Shown in pieces: positions 10,010 to 20,000 of a DNA stretch of 20,000 nucleotides. The notes below the pieces were generated by a model, which saw only the letters and a list, made by a program, of their open reading frames with translations, did not search any database and was not told the DNA's origin. The stretch spans positions 2,409,316 to 2,429,315 of the forward strand of contig NW_003526941.1 in the NCBI RefSeq assembly GCF_000181795.1. Direction: 5' to 3'. Position numbers and translations under genes: made by a program. The DNA is from Trichinella spiralis (Eukaryota). The stretch's first letter is position 1, and each line of letters opens with the position of its first letter.

Positions 10010-11185
10010 TTATTCGAATGCTTTATGGTCAACAAATGGATAGGCAGAAAATTCGCACATTTTCTCACCAACAGAACCGTATCCCCAGCTTATGAAACAA
10101 GTTTCGCACAGATGCATAACGGGATACGGTGTGTTGGCTGTACTCTGCACAAGCCATTTCACTGAGTTCCTTCCGCAAATTGCGCAATACAACGAACACG
10201 GGTGAGGTTTCAAAATATCTATTGGATAACATCTGCGTTCTTGCGGATCGCTGGGATGCGCCAAACGAACGTCAACAAAAACCATCAAATGCTCGCAAGT
10301 ACCTTGGTGTAAATACAAGTACGGATTACCAAGACGAAGCTTCAGGTCGAGAAAAGTCGTATCTTCCATCGGTGCTCTGCTGAAAGGACCTATATCGTTG
10401 AAACGATTTGACGCCCAACCGATGATCTCTTCGCTTAGGTCGGTCGCGTCTTCGTGGCGCGTGTCCACGTAAAAGACGCCATTGATGTAAAAGAATCCTC
10501 CTTTGTATATGTCTTTGGCGAAAAAGCCCAACTCCTGCGACGGACAATCACTGTAATCTTTGATGGGGGCGAAATCGTTGCGGCAGGTGATTTGATCGCG
10601 CAGCACGCAAAGACTTTGACTGCCAAGAATGAGAAACGAAGAATCGAAACGTCTCAGACAATTGTACTTGTGTGAATAAGTTATGGGCGTTTGGGCTGTT
10701 GGCGAGAGCATCGCAACAGTCAAGATCAACTCTTCAGTGCGGCCATTGTTGACCAAAGGCTGATTTGCAGGCTGCACAGCTTTCATTTCCGATAAAAGTG
10801 CGTCGTTTATTCTAGAAAATCGGCTCACCCGACGGACGGCTTGCTTATCCAACAAAAACTGTGGATTCGAGTTGAGATTCATCGTCATCTGTACGGTTTC
10901 CAAGTTGAAAACTTCCTGCATTCTTCCGGCACAATTTTCACCGTCCGTCAACGCCACTTCCGCATTCGATAAGCTGGAGCTCATGTGCTTAGGGTCGCAC
11001 AGCTCTTTCAAATTTTGAATCTCTTCCTCGTTCATTCCAAATATTTCTTGCAGTTCAACGTCTTCATCGCAATCGTGCTGCACACCGTACTGCTCAACCG
11101 CTCCGACCGCTTTTTCAGCGAAATCTTTAATACTTACCTCGTCTGTTATGTTCCACCTGCGATCAGGCCGTTGTTTACTGTCCAT
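10010..11185 (-). CDS. SNAPC3: snRNA-activating protein complex subunit 3 (SNAP50/PTF-beta; nematode snpc-3 family), ~391 aa, single open exon
   Basis: The ORF has the family motifs in the expected order: LGSQSLCVLRDQITC, KDIYKGGFFYINGVFYVDTR, MEDTTFLDLKLRLGNPYLYLHQGTCEHLMVFVDVRL, and the C-terminal zinc finger CAIC...W...P...LCETCF...Y...GEK..EFSAYPFVD. As I recall them, human SNAPC3 has LGSQKL..LRD.I.C, KDLYKSAFFYFEGTFYND.R, YLYCHQGDCEH and EFLAYPYVD. I place the start at the ATG at 11185 (MDSKQRP). The upstream 29 in-frame codons (to 11272) are T-rich, intron/outron-like sequence containing an acceptor AG. Confidence 0.93.
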   Translation of the reverse strand: MDSKQRPDRRWNITDEVSIKDFAEKAVGAVEQYGVQHDCDEDVELQEIFGMNEEEIQNLKELCDPKHMSSSLSNAEVALTDGENCAGRMQEVFNLETVQMTMNLNSNPQFLLDKQAVRRVSRFSRINDALLSEMKAVQPANQPLVNNGRTEELILTVAMLSPTAQTPITYSHKYNCLRRFDSSFLILGSQSLCVLRDQITCRNDFAPIKDYSDCPSQELGFFAKDIYKGGFFYINGVFYVDTRHEDATDLSEEIIGWASNRFNDIGPFSRAPMEDTTFLDLKLRLGNPYLYLHQGTCEHLMVFVDVRLAHPSDPQERRCYPIDILKPHPCSLYCAICGRNSVKWLVQSTANTPYPVMHLCETCFISWGYGSVGEKMCEFSAYPFVDHKAFE

Positions 11186-11205
11186 CGATGTGAAAAAAGC
11201 GAAAA

Positions 11206-11213
11206 CTATTAAA
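11206..11213 (-). promoter_or_regulatory. Putative 3' splice (possibly trans-splice) acceptor upstream of the SNAPC3 start codon
   Basis: The minus strand reads ...ttttgTTTAATAG|ttttcgcttttttcacatcgATG. A T-rich tract ends in AG 20 nt before the ATG at 11185. Confidence 0.4.
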
Positions 11214-11952
11214 CAAAATATTAACACCAGAATGAACAGAAACATTCCAAACGACATCATTTCAGACAACATATATATATTATAGTGTAAATCATCAAAC
11301 AGATTGGACGTATAACTTCCTACACTTCTGACTTTACATTATTGCCAACTTTTCAAAATAAACATTTTTTCAGTTTGAAGACTAACAGACTAAATAATTA
11401 GGCGAAATCGAAATCAGATCTGTGACATGTCGACCGGCAGCAGATTTCACTCAGAGCAGTCAATCATCATTCATTACAAGGTGTATTACAGTGGTATAGT
11501 TGCGATGCCTGTTTTATTCTTATTTGTATTATTATCCTTATTAATTACTTATTAAGAAATCTATTATAAATCGGTTTCGAATTTTTTGACGTTTCAGAAA
11601 AACAATTTGAACTAAAAACTTACGGATTGAAGAAAGATTTCACACAGAGAGTTCATAACATAACATTTATAATATATTAAATTATTTAAACTTACTTTTA
11701 TGACAATTTTGATATTATTTTAAAAGTCCACCAAAAAGAACCAGTCAGAAGCTAAAATTCGAAAAAGCTAGAAAATTTTAGATGTAGTATACTGTAATTA
11801 TGATTTTGATTTTCAAGATGATGCTCCAATTGATGGTATTTTTTCACAAACAACCAACTATGCTTATTTTCACTTGAAAACTGACCTTTACATTTTTTTA
11901 TTTCTAGAAATTATTTTTTTATTCGGAAAAGATTGCTTGTTCTATTTTCTAG

Positions 11953-12375
11953 TGTAACGAGCCGCTCTCTCGGGAGGACTCGTTCGCCACCCCAACCGGA
12001 CTATTATTACAGTCGTCGCCAGGCGAGTCGACCGACAAATTCCTCCCCGCGGTTATATCCTCAGTTTGGCTTCCGTCGCCTCTGATGCCCTTTCTCCCGG
12101 GTTCGTGCTTTCTCGGTAACATTTTCGCATTCACAAGACATGTAAAGAGAACAGTGTTTATTAACAACTTCAAACAAGGGCCGTTACCGATCCGCCACAG
12201 CAAAATTCTAGAATCAACAACAACAACACGATCGTTCACACTCTACCACCCAACCAACCTACCACCGTAATCCTTTGTCGATCTTCAAGTATATGTACAC
12301 TTACGGTAGCTTCATCGTTCTTCCATTTCGTCGAATGGACAAATGCAGTTGGTGGATCAGTCCACGTCGGCTGCA
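11953..12375 (-). mobile_element. Solo LTR of an LTR retrotransposon (Gypsy-like, 4-bp target site duplication)
   Basis: A 423-bp GC-richer block in AT-rich DNA, beginning TGTAACGA and ending TCGGCTGCA (TG...CA, imperfect terminal inverted repeats). CTAG flanks both ends (11949..11952 and 12376..12379). An internal AATAAA on the minus strand (12157..12162) suggests the orientation. No adjacent gag/pol ORF is seen. Confidence 0.65.
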
Positions 12376-14454
12376 CTAGGCTGCAATGTATTTGTTTTAA
12401 GTTTTGTTGATTGGTCCTTTCTGTGCAAAGTGGTCTGGGTGTTTGTATGCCTCTGTCAGTGCAAACTTGGCGCTATATCACAAGAACAGCATTTTTGTGA
12501 AATGGTAAAAGTACAAATTTCATTATCATACAGTCGTAGAAACATCTTTGGTAAAAAGTCATGTTCATAATTTCGACGTATTTTTTTCAAGTTCAAACAA
12601 GCGTAAGCATTGTGCGTCAACACTGAGTACACCTGGTAACGTGGTATTGCTGAAAATACATTTGCTCATTTCAAACGCATACTTTGTAGTGTTAATTAGA
12701 AAGGGATTATTAATTAGCTTCCGGGTTGAAATTGTTGTTTTAATTGATTTTAGTTGAATTATTTTGTATTTTATTGTCTGTACAACAGTAGGCTAAGGCA
12801 GTGCTAAGCGAAGAATAAAACATCCAAAATTACATATTTTTAAAATCTTTCAAATTTATAATGTCAACTTAAGGACTAGATATATTGATGTTCTTCGATA
12901 CAGTTTGCGCGCTACTTATTTATTTTTGTTGCAGTGCAACTGTGATTGTTTCCAGTTGTATATTGTTTTATTGTTGTAATACAACTTCATTTTATGCAGA
13001 AAACAATGGCCATCGAAATGAACCATAAGATCGAAATATTAATTACTTACATCCCTAAATATTCTATTCTAGATTTGTTGTTTTAACTAAAGCCTGAATG
13101 CGATATACTTTCATCCTATTTATAGATTTGCAATTTTACGTTACTATTGTTGATTAGCGCGGCTGCGTAGAATTGAAGCGTTCTTTTTACTGTATCGAGT
13201 TAAACAGAAATTAACAAAATTAATTTTTTAAACTGTTGAAAAATGTTTGAAAAATTTTGCTACTCATTTGATGTCCAATCTTTTCACTTCAGTACGTATA
13301 AAGAAGTTCAAGTATTGTGGAAGAACGATTGATGTGCGCTAGAGAGAGTTAATCACAGACTCACATCGTTCACACACAGTCTGTTAACGTTTTCGCTTTT
13401 CATGTAAAGAAAAGAAACATAATTTTACGTTTTGTTTCTGATAAGTATATATATGAAAGAATTACATCCACGTCTTTCTTATTTATCTTGACAGATTATT
13501 TAAATTATAATTGGCCTTCCGTTGTCATGTCACTGATAGTGTTCTGTAATTTTTCTTGGTATGTATGAAGTATGTGTGCCGTTCTAAATACCTGAAATAG
13601 TTTCATTTATTGCGAACAATCTTGAGATATAATTGAGAACGGCATGTCTTTAGATATGTTCTCTTAATTTTCACTTTTTCAGTGAGACTTATTATTTACT
13701 CCTGCATTACATTTGGCTCTGCTTCGAATCAGTCGACTTCAGTTGATACTAATTACAAATATGCTGCGGTCATATATTAATTCATATATAAACATTCAAA
13801 CGAGCTTGAGGAAATTTATATTAATATAGTGAAATGAATTTGCATATTAATAATATTTATTATATTTTCCTAAAATGTCAATGGAACGTGCATTGCAATA
13901 AGAAGCGTACGGTTAACGAGATTGATAGGCCATTGCAAATTAAAGAGTAGCTTATTCGATTAAGGGCTTTTTGTGTTAATTTTATTTTCGTTTCTTGAAA
14001 ATGACTCGTGATAATTTTTGACTGCGGCAGAAAGGTGGACTTAAAAGTTTGGGAGACATTTATTGTGGTAAGTTGCATTTTGTGAGCGTTTGTAAGTAAT
14101 GGTTTAATGACATAGATGAGAATATATATGGAGTCTATCATTTACTGACAAAATTATTATCACAGTGTTAGCAGCAGCAGCAGCGGCAGACAACGTTCTC
14201 TTTGTTTATTATTGTACTAATTAACCAGTGAAGCCCGTTTTAAATGACTAAAATGTATTACTTTTGTTCCTGTTTCTATTATTTTTTATTCAAAGCTTCT
14301 ACACTTCTTTTTGAGAAGTGTGCATTTAATTGAAAAGAAAAGTTTCTTATAATTTTTGGAAATTCTCTTTTAACGCATTATTTGTAATTCTTATCTGTGT
14401 TAAGATGAACATTGGCTACTATTGCGTTTGATTTAATGTTGGGCATTTTTACAG

Positions 14455-14959
14455 ATATGATGAATACTGAAATCGCGGAAAACATGAAGCAAAGCTTAAA
14501 ACAAGAGGGATGTTTGGTGCCCATGGGTTCACATTTTGTAAGTCTGGACTACGAATACTTGGAATAGTGGCTGTTATCTTTCAGTTTAATTAAATGATCT
14601 GTATAAATGAAGGTTGAATCACTGCAGTGTTTGCAAACCTGTAGCTCGTGAATTTCACGCAGCAAAATCTTTGTATGCAATACTCTTCATGTATCGCAAT
14701 TTGTTTATTTTTGATAATTTCATTTGTTTTCATTTAACACTTAGTTAAACTTTAAAACATGCATCTTTATATTGTTTTCAAAATAGATTTCTTTTATTAT
14801 TTTCAAAAATGATTTTTTCATTCAGTCAAATTTTATTTTATTTCATGCTTTGCTAATATTTTTTTGTTTGCTTTTTTTATTTATACGTAAACACGTCTTT
14901 TACAGCAGTTAACAAGAACAGTAGTATCCAACTGCAACAGAGCAACAGCTCTGATCTAA
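14455..14959 (+). CDS. Candidate small two-exon fragment (14455..14537 + 14906..14959): MMNTEIAENMKQSLKQEGCLVPMGSHF|QLTRTVVSNCNRATALI*
   Basis: Has a ttttacAG| acceptor, a |GTAAGT donor and a second ttttacAG| acceptor with matching phases. It is short, with no homology recognised. Confidence 0.2.
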
Positions 14960-15363
14960 GAACACCCTGTTGCATTACTTTTAATTTTCTAAATTTGTAT
15001 GGGTTTTAATCACTTTATTTAATTCTGTTTTATTCTCATTAACGACTATAACATATCTGCTCCTTCATTATTGTTTCTTCTTCACATTTACTTTTTTGCA
15101 TGTGTAATCAACATCTATTTGATAAACTGAATAGTATATATCGGGTTGATTGTTTTTTATTGGAAAATATATAATTGATGCAACGAAATTTATTGCTACA
15201 ATAGGTATTATTATTGTTATCACACTTTTAAATAATATATGGTCACTTTCTAATTACTCTCGTATCTTAATAATGGATTAAAATGTGGTGAGCAGCTAAT
15301 TAAACAGCTGGAATTAAAAGTATGCAAAATATTTTATAAAAGGTTGAAATTTGCTGTTCGCTA

Positions 15364-15735
15364 TGTAATGACCGGAGTTCGTGCTGAAGGCGCACAAACG
15401 TGATGCCTCCGAGTGCCTGTTATTTTTTTCATCGTTCTTCGAAGACGTCGTGACAGTGTGGCGCCGCGATGGCTTATACTAACATGAACGATCTCTGGAT
15501 TCGATCATTTACGTTCGATTGGAGCCACGTTTGAAACATTTCGGCGTGTTCTGCGAAGGGTATACAAAACGATGTACGTGTTTTGACCATTATTGTTACA
15601 GTAAGTAGAAGTTGATGTATTGGCCAGTGTGAGCATTTTGTGTGCTATAATCAATAGTCGTGTTGTTTGTGTATTTCTATGTATTTTGTATTGTTGAACA
15701 GTAATAAAGGTTGGAAAGGAATCGAATCGCTATCA
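15364..15735 (+). mobile_element. Possible degenerate solo LTR
   Basis: A GC-richer block starting TGTAATGAC and ending ...CTATCA, with GCTA at both ends (15360..15363 and 15736..15739). It has TATAA near 15646, a GT-rich tract and AATAAA at 15703..15708. The terminal inverted repeat is poor, and an alternative end TTGTTACA at ~15600 has no TSD. Confidence 0.33.
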
Positions 15736-16651
15736 GCTATTGTTGGTCGGTCCAATAAATGTGCAGCGAGATCTCATTTTATCTGAGACTGAATTTTCAT
15801 ATAAAAATAACAAAATAATCCTATGTATAATATTGGCGTGCAGCATTTTCTTGTAGTTTGCTGCTATTCAAACATCTTCATGATTTACTGCTTATTCAAA
15901 GTGCAACAACAAAATTGTTCCGGGTTAGCAACACAGATAACAAGTGAAATCATTCTCACTTAATGTGAAACATATACAAGCCATCAATTTTTGCATGAAA
16001 TTTCCTATGTTTATCTATAGCAATTCGTTAAAAACAAACGTTACTAGTTTTCAAATTGAATGCATATTCTCTTTTCAAAAACTAATGATGTTCAGGTGAG
16101 CATCACGTGTTTAACAAAACGCGGTGATTCAAATCACATCAACATTACTCACAAATTCAACACTTACTAAAGAAAAAATTAGTGAAACCATAACAAAACA
16201 ACAAAAATACCAAGTTAGGTGCAAAAACAATATGTACCAAAGACATCAAATGTATGAAAAATTGCAGCTGATGCTATCATCAACATTGAAATCCCAAAAC
16301 GAATTAAGATAATCTGACATAAATCGATAAATACGATTGGACGGAACGTACCCCAAGGTTAGTCGCCATTCTGCAAATTTCCCTGATCAAATAAAGTCCG
16401 CTTTGCAGCAATTTAAGATTTTCCATTTCTCTAAAATATCAAAAGCTGTAGTCTTCGCTGTTATTGTGATTTTCGAAAGTAGGCTTTTGACACAAATTTC
16501 GCTTTTTTGTAAAATATGGCTAAATTCTGATAAATGAGAAGGTTGTGGAAAGTTTTACGGCAAATGAACAACGATTAGACTGCATACACAGCAATCTGCG
16601 CAGATATACATCTCTTTACATGAATACTCTCTGAATTATAGCAACAACTTC

Positions 16652-16661
16652 NNNNNNNNNN
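16652..16661. other. Assembly gap (10 N)
   Basis: A run of 10 n characters. Confidence 1.
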
Positions 16662-18564
16662 GTGAAATTTCTCCTGACCGGGGATTGGCTCTCCCACATA
16701 ACTAGGCTTAAATGGTACTGGAATTTGGCGCGAAAAAATAGCATATGCCAAGCAGCTGTGACTCACTCTGACCGGACGGACGATGAACACATGGCGGGAT
16801 GTTGTTTTATGTTTGGAACTATAGACACATGTTTTGCGCGATGAAAATTTCAACTATACAACAGGGTCAACGGAGAATGCTTTTTTCTTTTTCGTTTCAT
16901 TGCTGCTTTCATTTCAAAAAAGTCATCGCTACTTATTTCTTTTACTTTGTTGCAACACAATTTTTTATAAATACTTTTTTTTTCAGAATTATCATCTCTT
17001 TTGAATGTAAATTCTTCTTCTTTTTCTTCAACTTCAATTAAATTTTTCTATTAAGCATTGCCGTTGATGAATAATAGTATTGTTTTTTAAGTGCTGTTTA
17101 TTTAAATTGAAATGCGCAACGTGAATTGTAAGCCGCTTGTTTGTTATTCGTATTCGCGCTTTACAGATGAAAAACGCCGCCTTCGAATGACATAACAAGA
17201 TATTGTCGTTGAATGCAAATAATACAAACAAAGCCAAAGCACACGCACAAACAGCACAAATAAGCGTGGTGCACAATTTTCTCAAAATAACAACCATCTG
17301 TTCAACAGCCACTTCGACATTTTCTGTGTATTCTTTACAAGACAAGCAAGCAACTCGACTTTAGGAACAAATATCATCACGCTTTGATGACGATGCATGA
17401 ATAATAAATAAGTGCAAATAAGTGTTGAATTTGTTGTCTTCGGCATCGTTGTGGTCATAAAAGTCAAAGGAAGTTTGCTAGTTTACTAGCCCAGGTCATT
17501 GTAGTACGTTAGCTGGGTTCTGATATGACTGAGGGAACAAGGACACGGATGTTTGGAAAAGAAGGACAAAAAGGGGCGAAATACTTATTCGGCTCTACTT
17601 TTCTTCCACTGTAAATATCGAATAACATTTCTAGACAAATGCTATATTTGGAGTTTGATCTTTGCCGAAATCAACAAATGCAATACACCATTGCGCAGTT
17701 GACTGATGATATAAGCGAACCTCAGCCACGCCCTGTTTTCCCAATATCCGTATCCGTTTACTGGTTGCCATTCTTTCCCAAGTGATTTCTTCAACTCTTC
17801 CAGATATCTTGCTCCACATCCGTGCATCTCATCGTGCAAGAAGCAACAACACTGCTCTCCACGAAAAACCGCAACCACGAAACGTAACCCCGAAAAACCT
17901 TACAACAGCTCCCCTTTCACAACAAAAATCTTCGCTTTTTTAAATTACGTTACATTACATTATGCATTCAACAAGGAAAACAACAATTGTTGTTCATTTC
18001 TTTTTTCCAGTGTGTTAGCTCTTACTTGCGACCGCTTGTTGCCGCGACTAGCGTTGTGCGTTTTGAACATTAATTTGATTTGATTACATCCGCATCTGGC
18101 TTAAATTACTCATCCATCGTTCATATATTCATTGGTCGCTCAACTGATATTATCAAAAAATCACTATGACAATATGCTTTCTTGAAAGAGTGAGTCGGCT
18201 TTTGTCGGTCCGCTTCACGCACACATTGATCTGTGCACACTGTTATAGCGGCGGTAAAATTTGGGGTCGTTTCATTTTGAAAATTTGACTGATTGAAAGC
18301 AACTTAAAAATGCAATTTTAACTTCAACTGCAAGGTGTAATGTTCTGTTGAACTTATTTTTCTACTTTTATTTTTAATTTCTTTTTTTCTTCTTCACAAA
18401 GCAACGCTCGAGAGTAGTAATAGGTTTTTATGATAAATTTTACTGCCAGTTCAATGACCGTAACTATTTTGCGGCAATTGTTGAAGGACATTTCAAGAAA
18501 AAACATTCTGAACCATATTATTTCAAAGAAAGATTGGAAATGTAATAAAATACTGCTTTTTTTC

Positions 18565-18595
<31 letters not shown>

Positions 18596-20000
18596 GGGCA
18601 TTTTAATGGATAGCATTGAAAGCATGGATGTATTATTGTAGTTTTGTAATTTTTTAGTGGGTTTTCACATTTGAACAGCTTAATACAACCAACGAAAGCA
18701 GTGTTGGTGAACAGTGCGCTTTCCAGTACTATTTTCTGATCAGAATATAATAAAATGGCTAATTGTTCAATTGGGCGAAAGTGAAAGGAGGAAATGGAGT
18801 AGGAGGCAAAGCATGCAAGACTGGGCTAATTCAAGCGATTTAGCATACAAATAATTTGCACGAATTGCTTGTTCAAAGAGATTGTTCAACGACGAGTAGC
18901 ACGCCCAGGGAAAAATCTCATAATTGAAGTAGAAAATTAATGGCATTTATTATCACATTCATTAGTTATTTATAGCATTTATAGATGTAATTCAACTCTT
19001 ATTTCAATCGAAAATTTTACATACTCCACATTGAATGCAAACAACTTTCACGTTTGCAATTTAATAAATTTTTTCTATCTTGTACTATGTATGATAAAAG
19101 ATTTGTCAGAAACGGTTTGTGTGCAATTTTTGTTAATGCTTTATTTGCAGTTGGCTTTTTCAGTCATTTTGTAATACTTGGATTAGATTTATATTTTGAA
19201 GCTTATTCTCAATTGTCATCATTATCGATGACACAAAAAAGAATACTGGTAATAATTAAACAAAGAGGGGGGATTTTTCAGATCTCATTTTCACATTTCA
19301 AATCGACAAAACCTAAGCCCGTTGATAGATCATCTTCGATTTATTATTATTCGTCCGTAAGAAAAACGATTTGATCAATTAGCAATAATGCAAAGCTGCA
19401 TAAAGCCGAAGTTGCAGTATGTAGCATTCATTTTCGAACCGCGTTTAGTGCTCTATTTAGAGGCAGCTTTTTCATTTCAAGCAGGTGCCGCGGTTGTTCC
19501 GTCGCAATAGATACAAACAGCCCACCTGCTGGAAACAGACGTGAGGTCTCACAAGAAAGAAGAAAGGCGCACGTGCTTTGCGAGGTTGGAGTGGGCTAGC
19601 CTGTTGTCAAATTGCTTTTGTATATATATATATATATATATGTATTTTTATTTATTTACTAAAATCGAGATATTAAATTGATGATTGACAGCATATTTTT
19701 CTGCTTGATTGAATTATTGTTTGCTATATTATGGATTGTTAATCGTATGCTAGATGGTGGGATAGAATGGTAGAGGAAGAAGACAACAAAAAAGAAAGAA
19801 TCCGCGGGAAAATTAACGCCTGAAAACGTGCGCGTATTGAACATGCGAAAGAGGTGCGAATAATAAAAGAAAAAATCAATCTCACCGATTATATGCAACG
19901 TTTTTATCAATTAACGGCTTTTGCTTTGACGATGAGAATAGCAGATAATAATACGAATAACAAGAATAATGATAATAATAATCACAGCAACAACAACAAC
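16662..20000 (+). repeat. Copy 2 of the duplication, starting at the assembly gap and running off the window
   Basis: Differs from 4279..7604 by 9 substitutions that I found, two (TA)n length changes, and a cluster of mostly homopolymer indels in the first ~80 nt next to the N gap. Confidence 0.97.

Noticed and set aside
10129..11212. Short antisense and alternative-frame ORFs overlapping SNAPC3
   Set aside because: Shadows of the real CDS, with no independent features.
11186..11272. Hydrophobic N-terminal extension of the 420-aa ORF resembling a signal peptide or TM helix
   Set aside because: SNAPC3 is a nuclear factor. The F/L/I-rich stretch is what a T-rich intron or outron gives on translation, and it contains an acceptor AG before the ATG at 11185.
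11428..11438. TGTCGACCGGC, and similar TGTCGGTCCGC at ~5815 and CGTCGGCTGC at ~12365, resembling the nematode snRNA PSE/SNAPc motif
   Set aside because: The matches are imperfect, no snRNA-like gene follows, and I do not know the PSE consensus for this organism.
11949..12270. ORFs of 96 aa (-) and 61 aa (+)
   Set aside because: They lie inside the putative solo LTR and show no gag/pol or other motifs.
14299..14365. Hairpin ACACTTCT/AGAAGTGT followed by Sm-like AATTTTTGG
   Set aside because: No leader plus GT donor and no convincing 3' stem. The motif is expected by chance in AT-rich DNA.
16575..16853. ORFs crossing or abutting the N gap
   Set aside because: Artefacts of the gap and the error-rich contig end. 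The frames differ in copy 1.
1..20000. tRNA, rRNA, spliceosomal snRNA, CRISPR array, telomeric repeat or prokaryotic operon
   Set aside because: By eye I found no cloverleaf, U1/U2/U4/U5/U6 signature, regularly spaced repeat-spacer array or dense gene packing.

Overview
AT-rich eukaryotic genomic DNA. The composition, TTTCAG/GTAAG splice signals and the SNAPC3 sequence suggest a nematode, possibly Trichinella-like; this is inference, not a database match. The only confidently identifiable gene is an apparently intronless SNAPC3/SNAP50 (snRNA-activating protein complex subunit 3) on the minus strand, 10010..11185. Upstream of it is a 423-bp TG...CA element flanked by a CTAG duplication (likely solo LTR, 11953..12375), and a weaker LTR-like segment lies at 15364..15735. 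The right end (16662..20000) starts at a 10-N assembly gap and is a ~99.7% identical direct copy of 4279..7604. Homopolymer-type errors at the gap edge make an uncollapsed haplotype or assembly artefact most likely, with recent segmental duplication as the alternative. A CpG-rich, structured stretch at ~3612..4350 has CCAAT, E2F and CDE-CHR-like motifs and lies next to low-confidence exons of an unidentifiable minus-strand gene. Most of the short ORFs supplied look spurious. I found no convincing novel biological system; the best leads are listed with modest scores.
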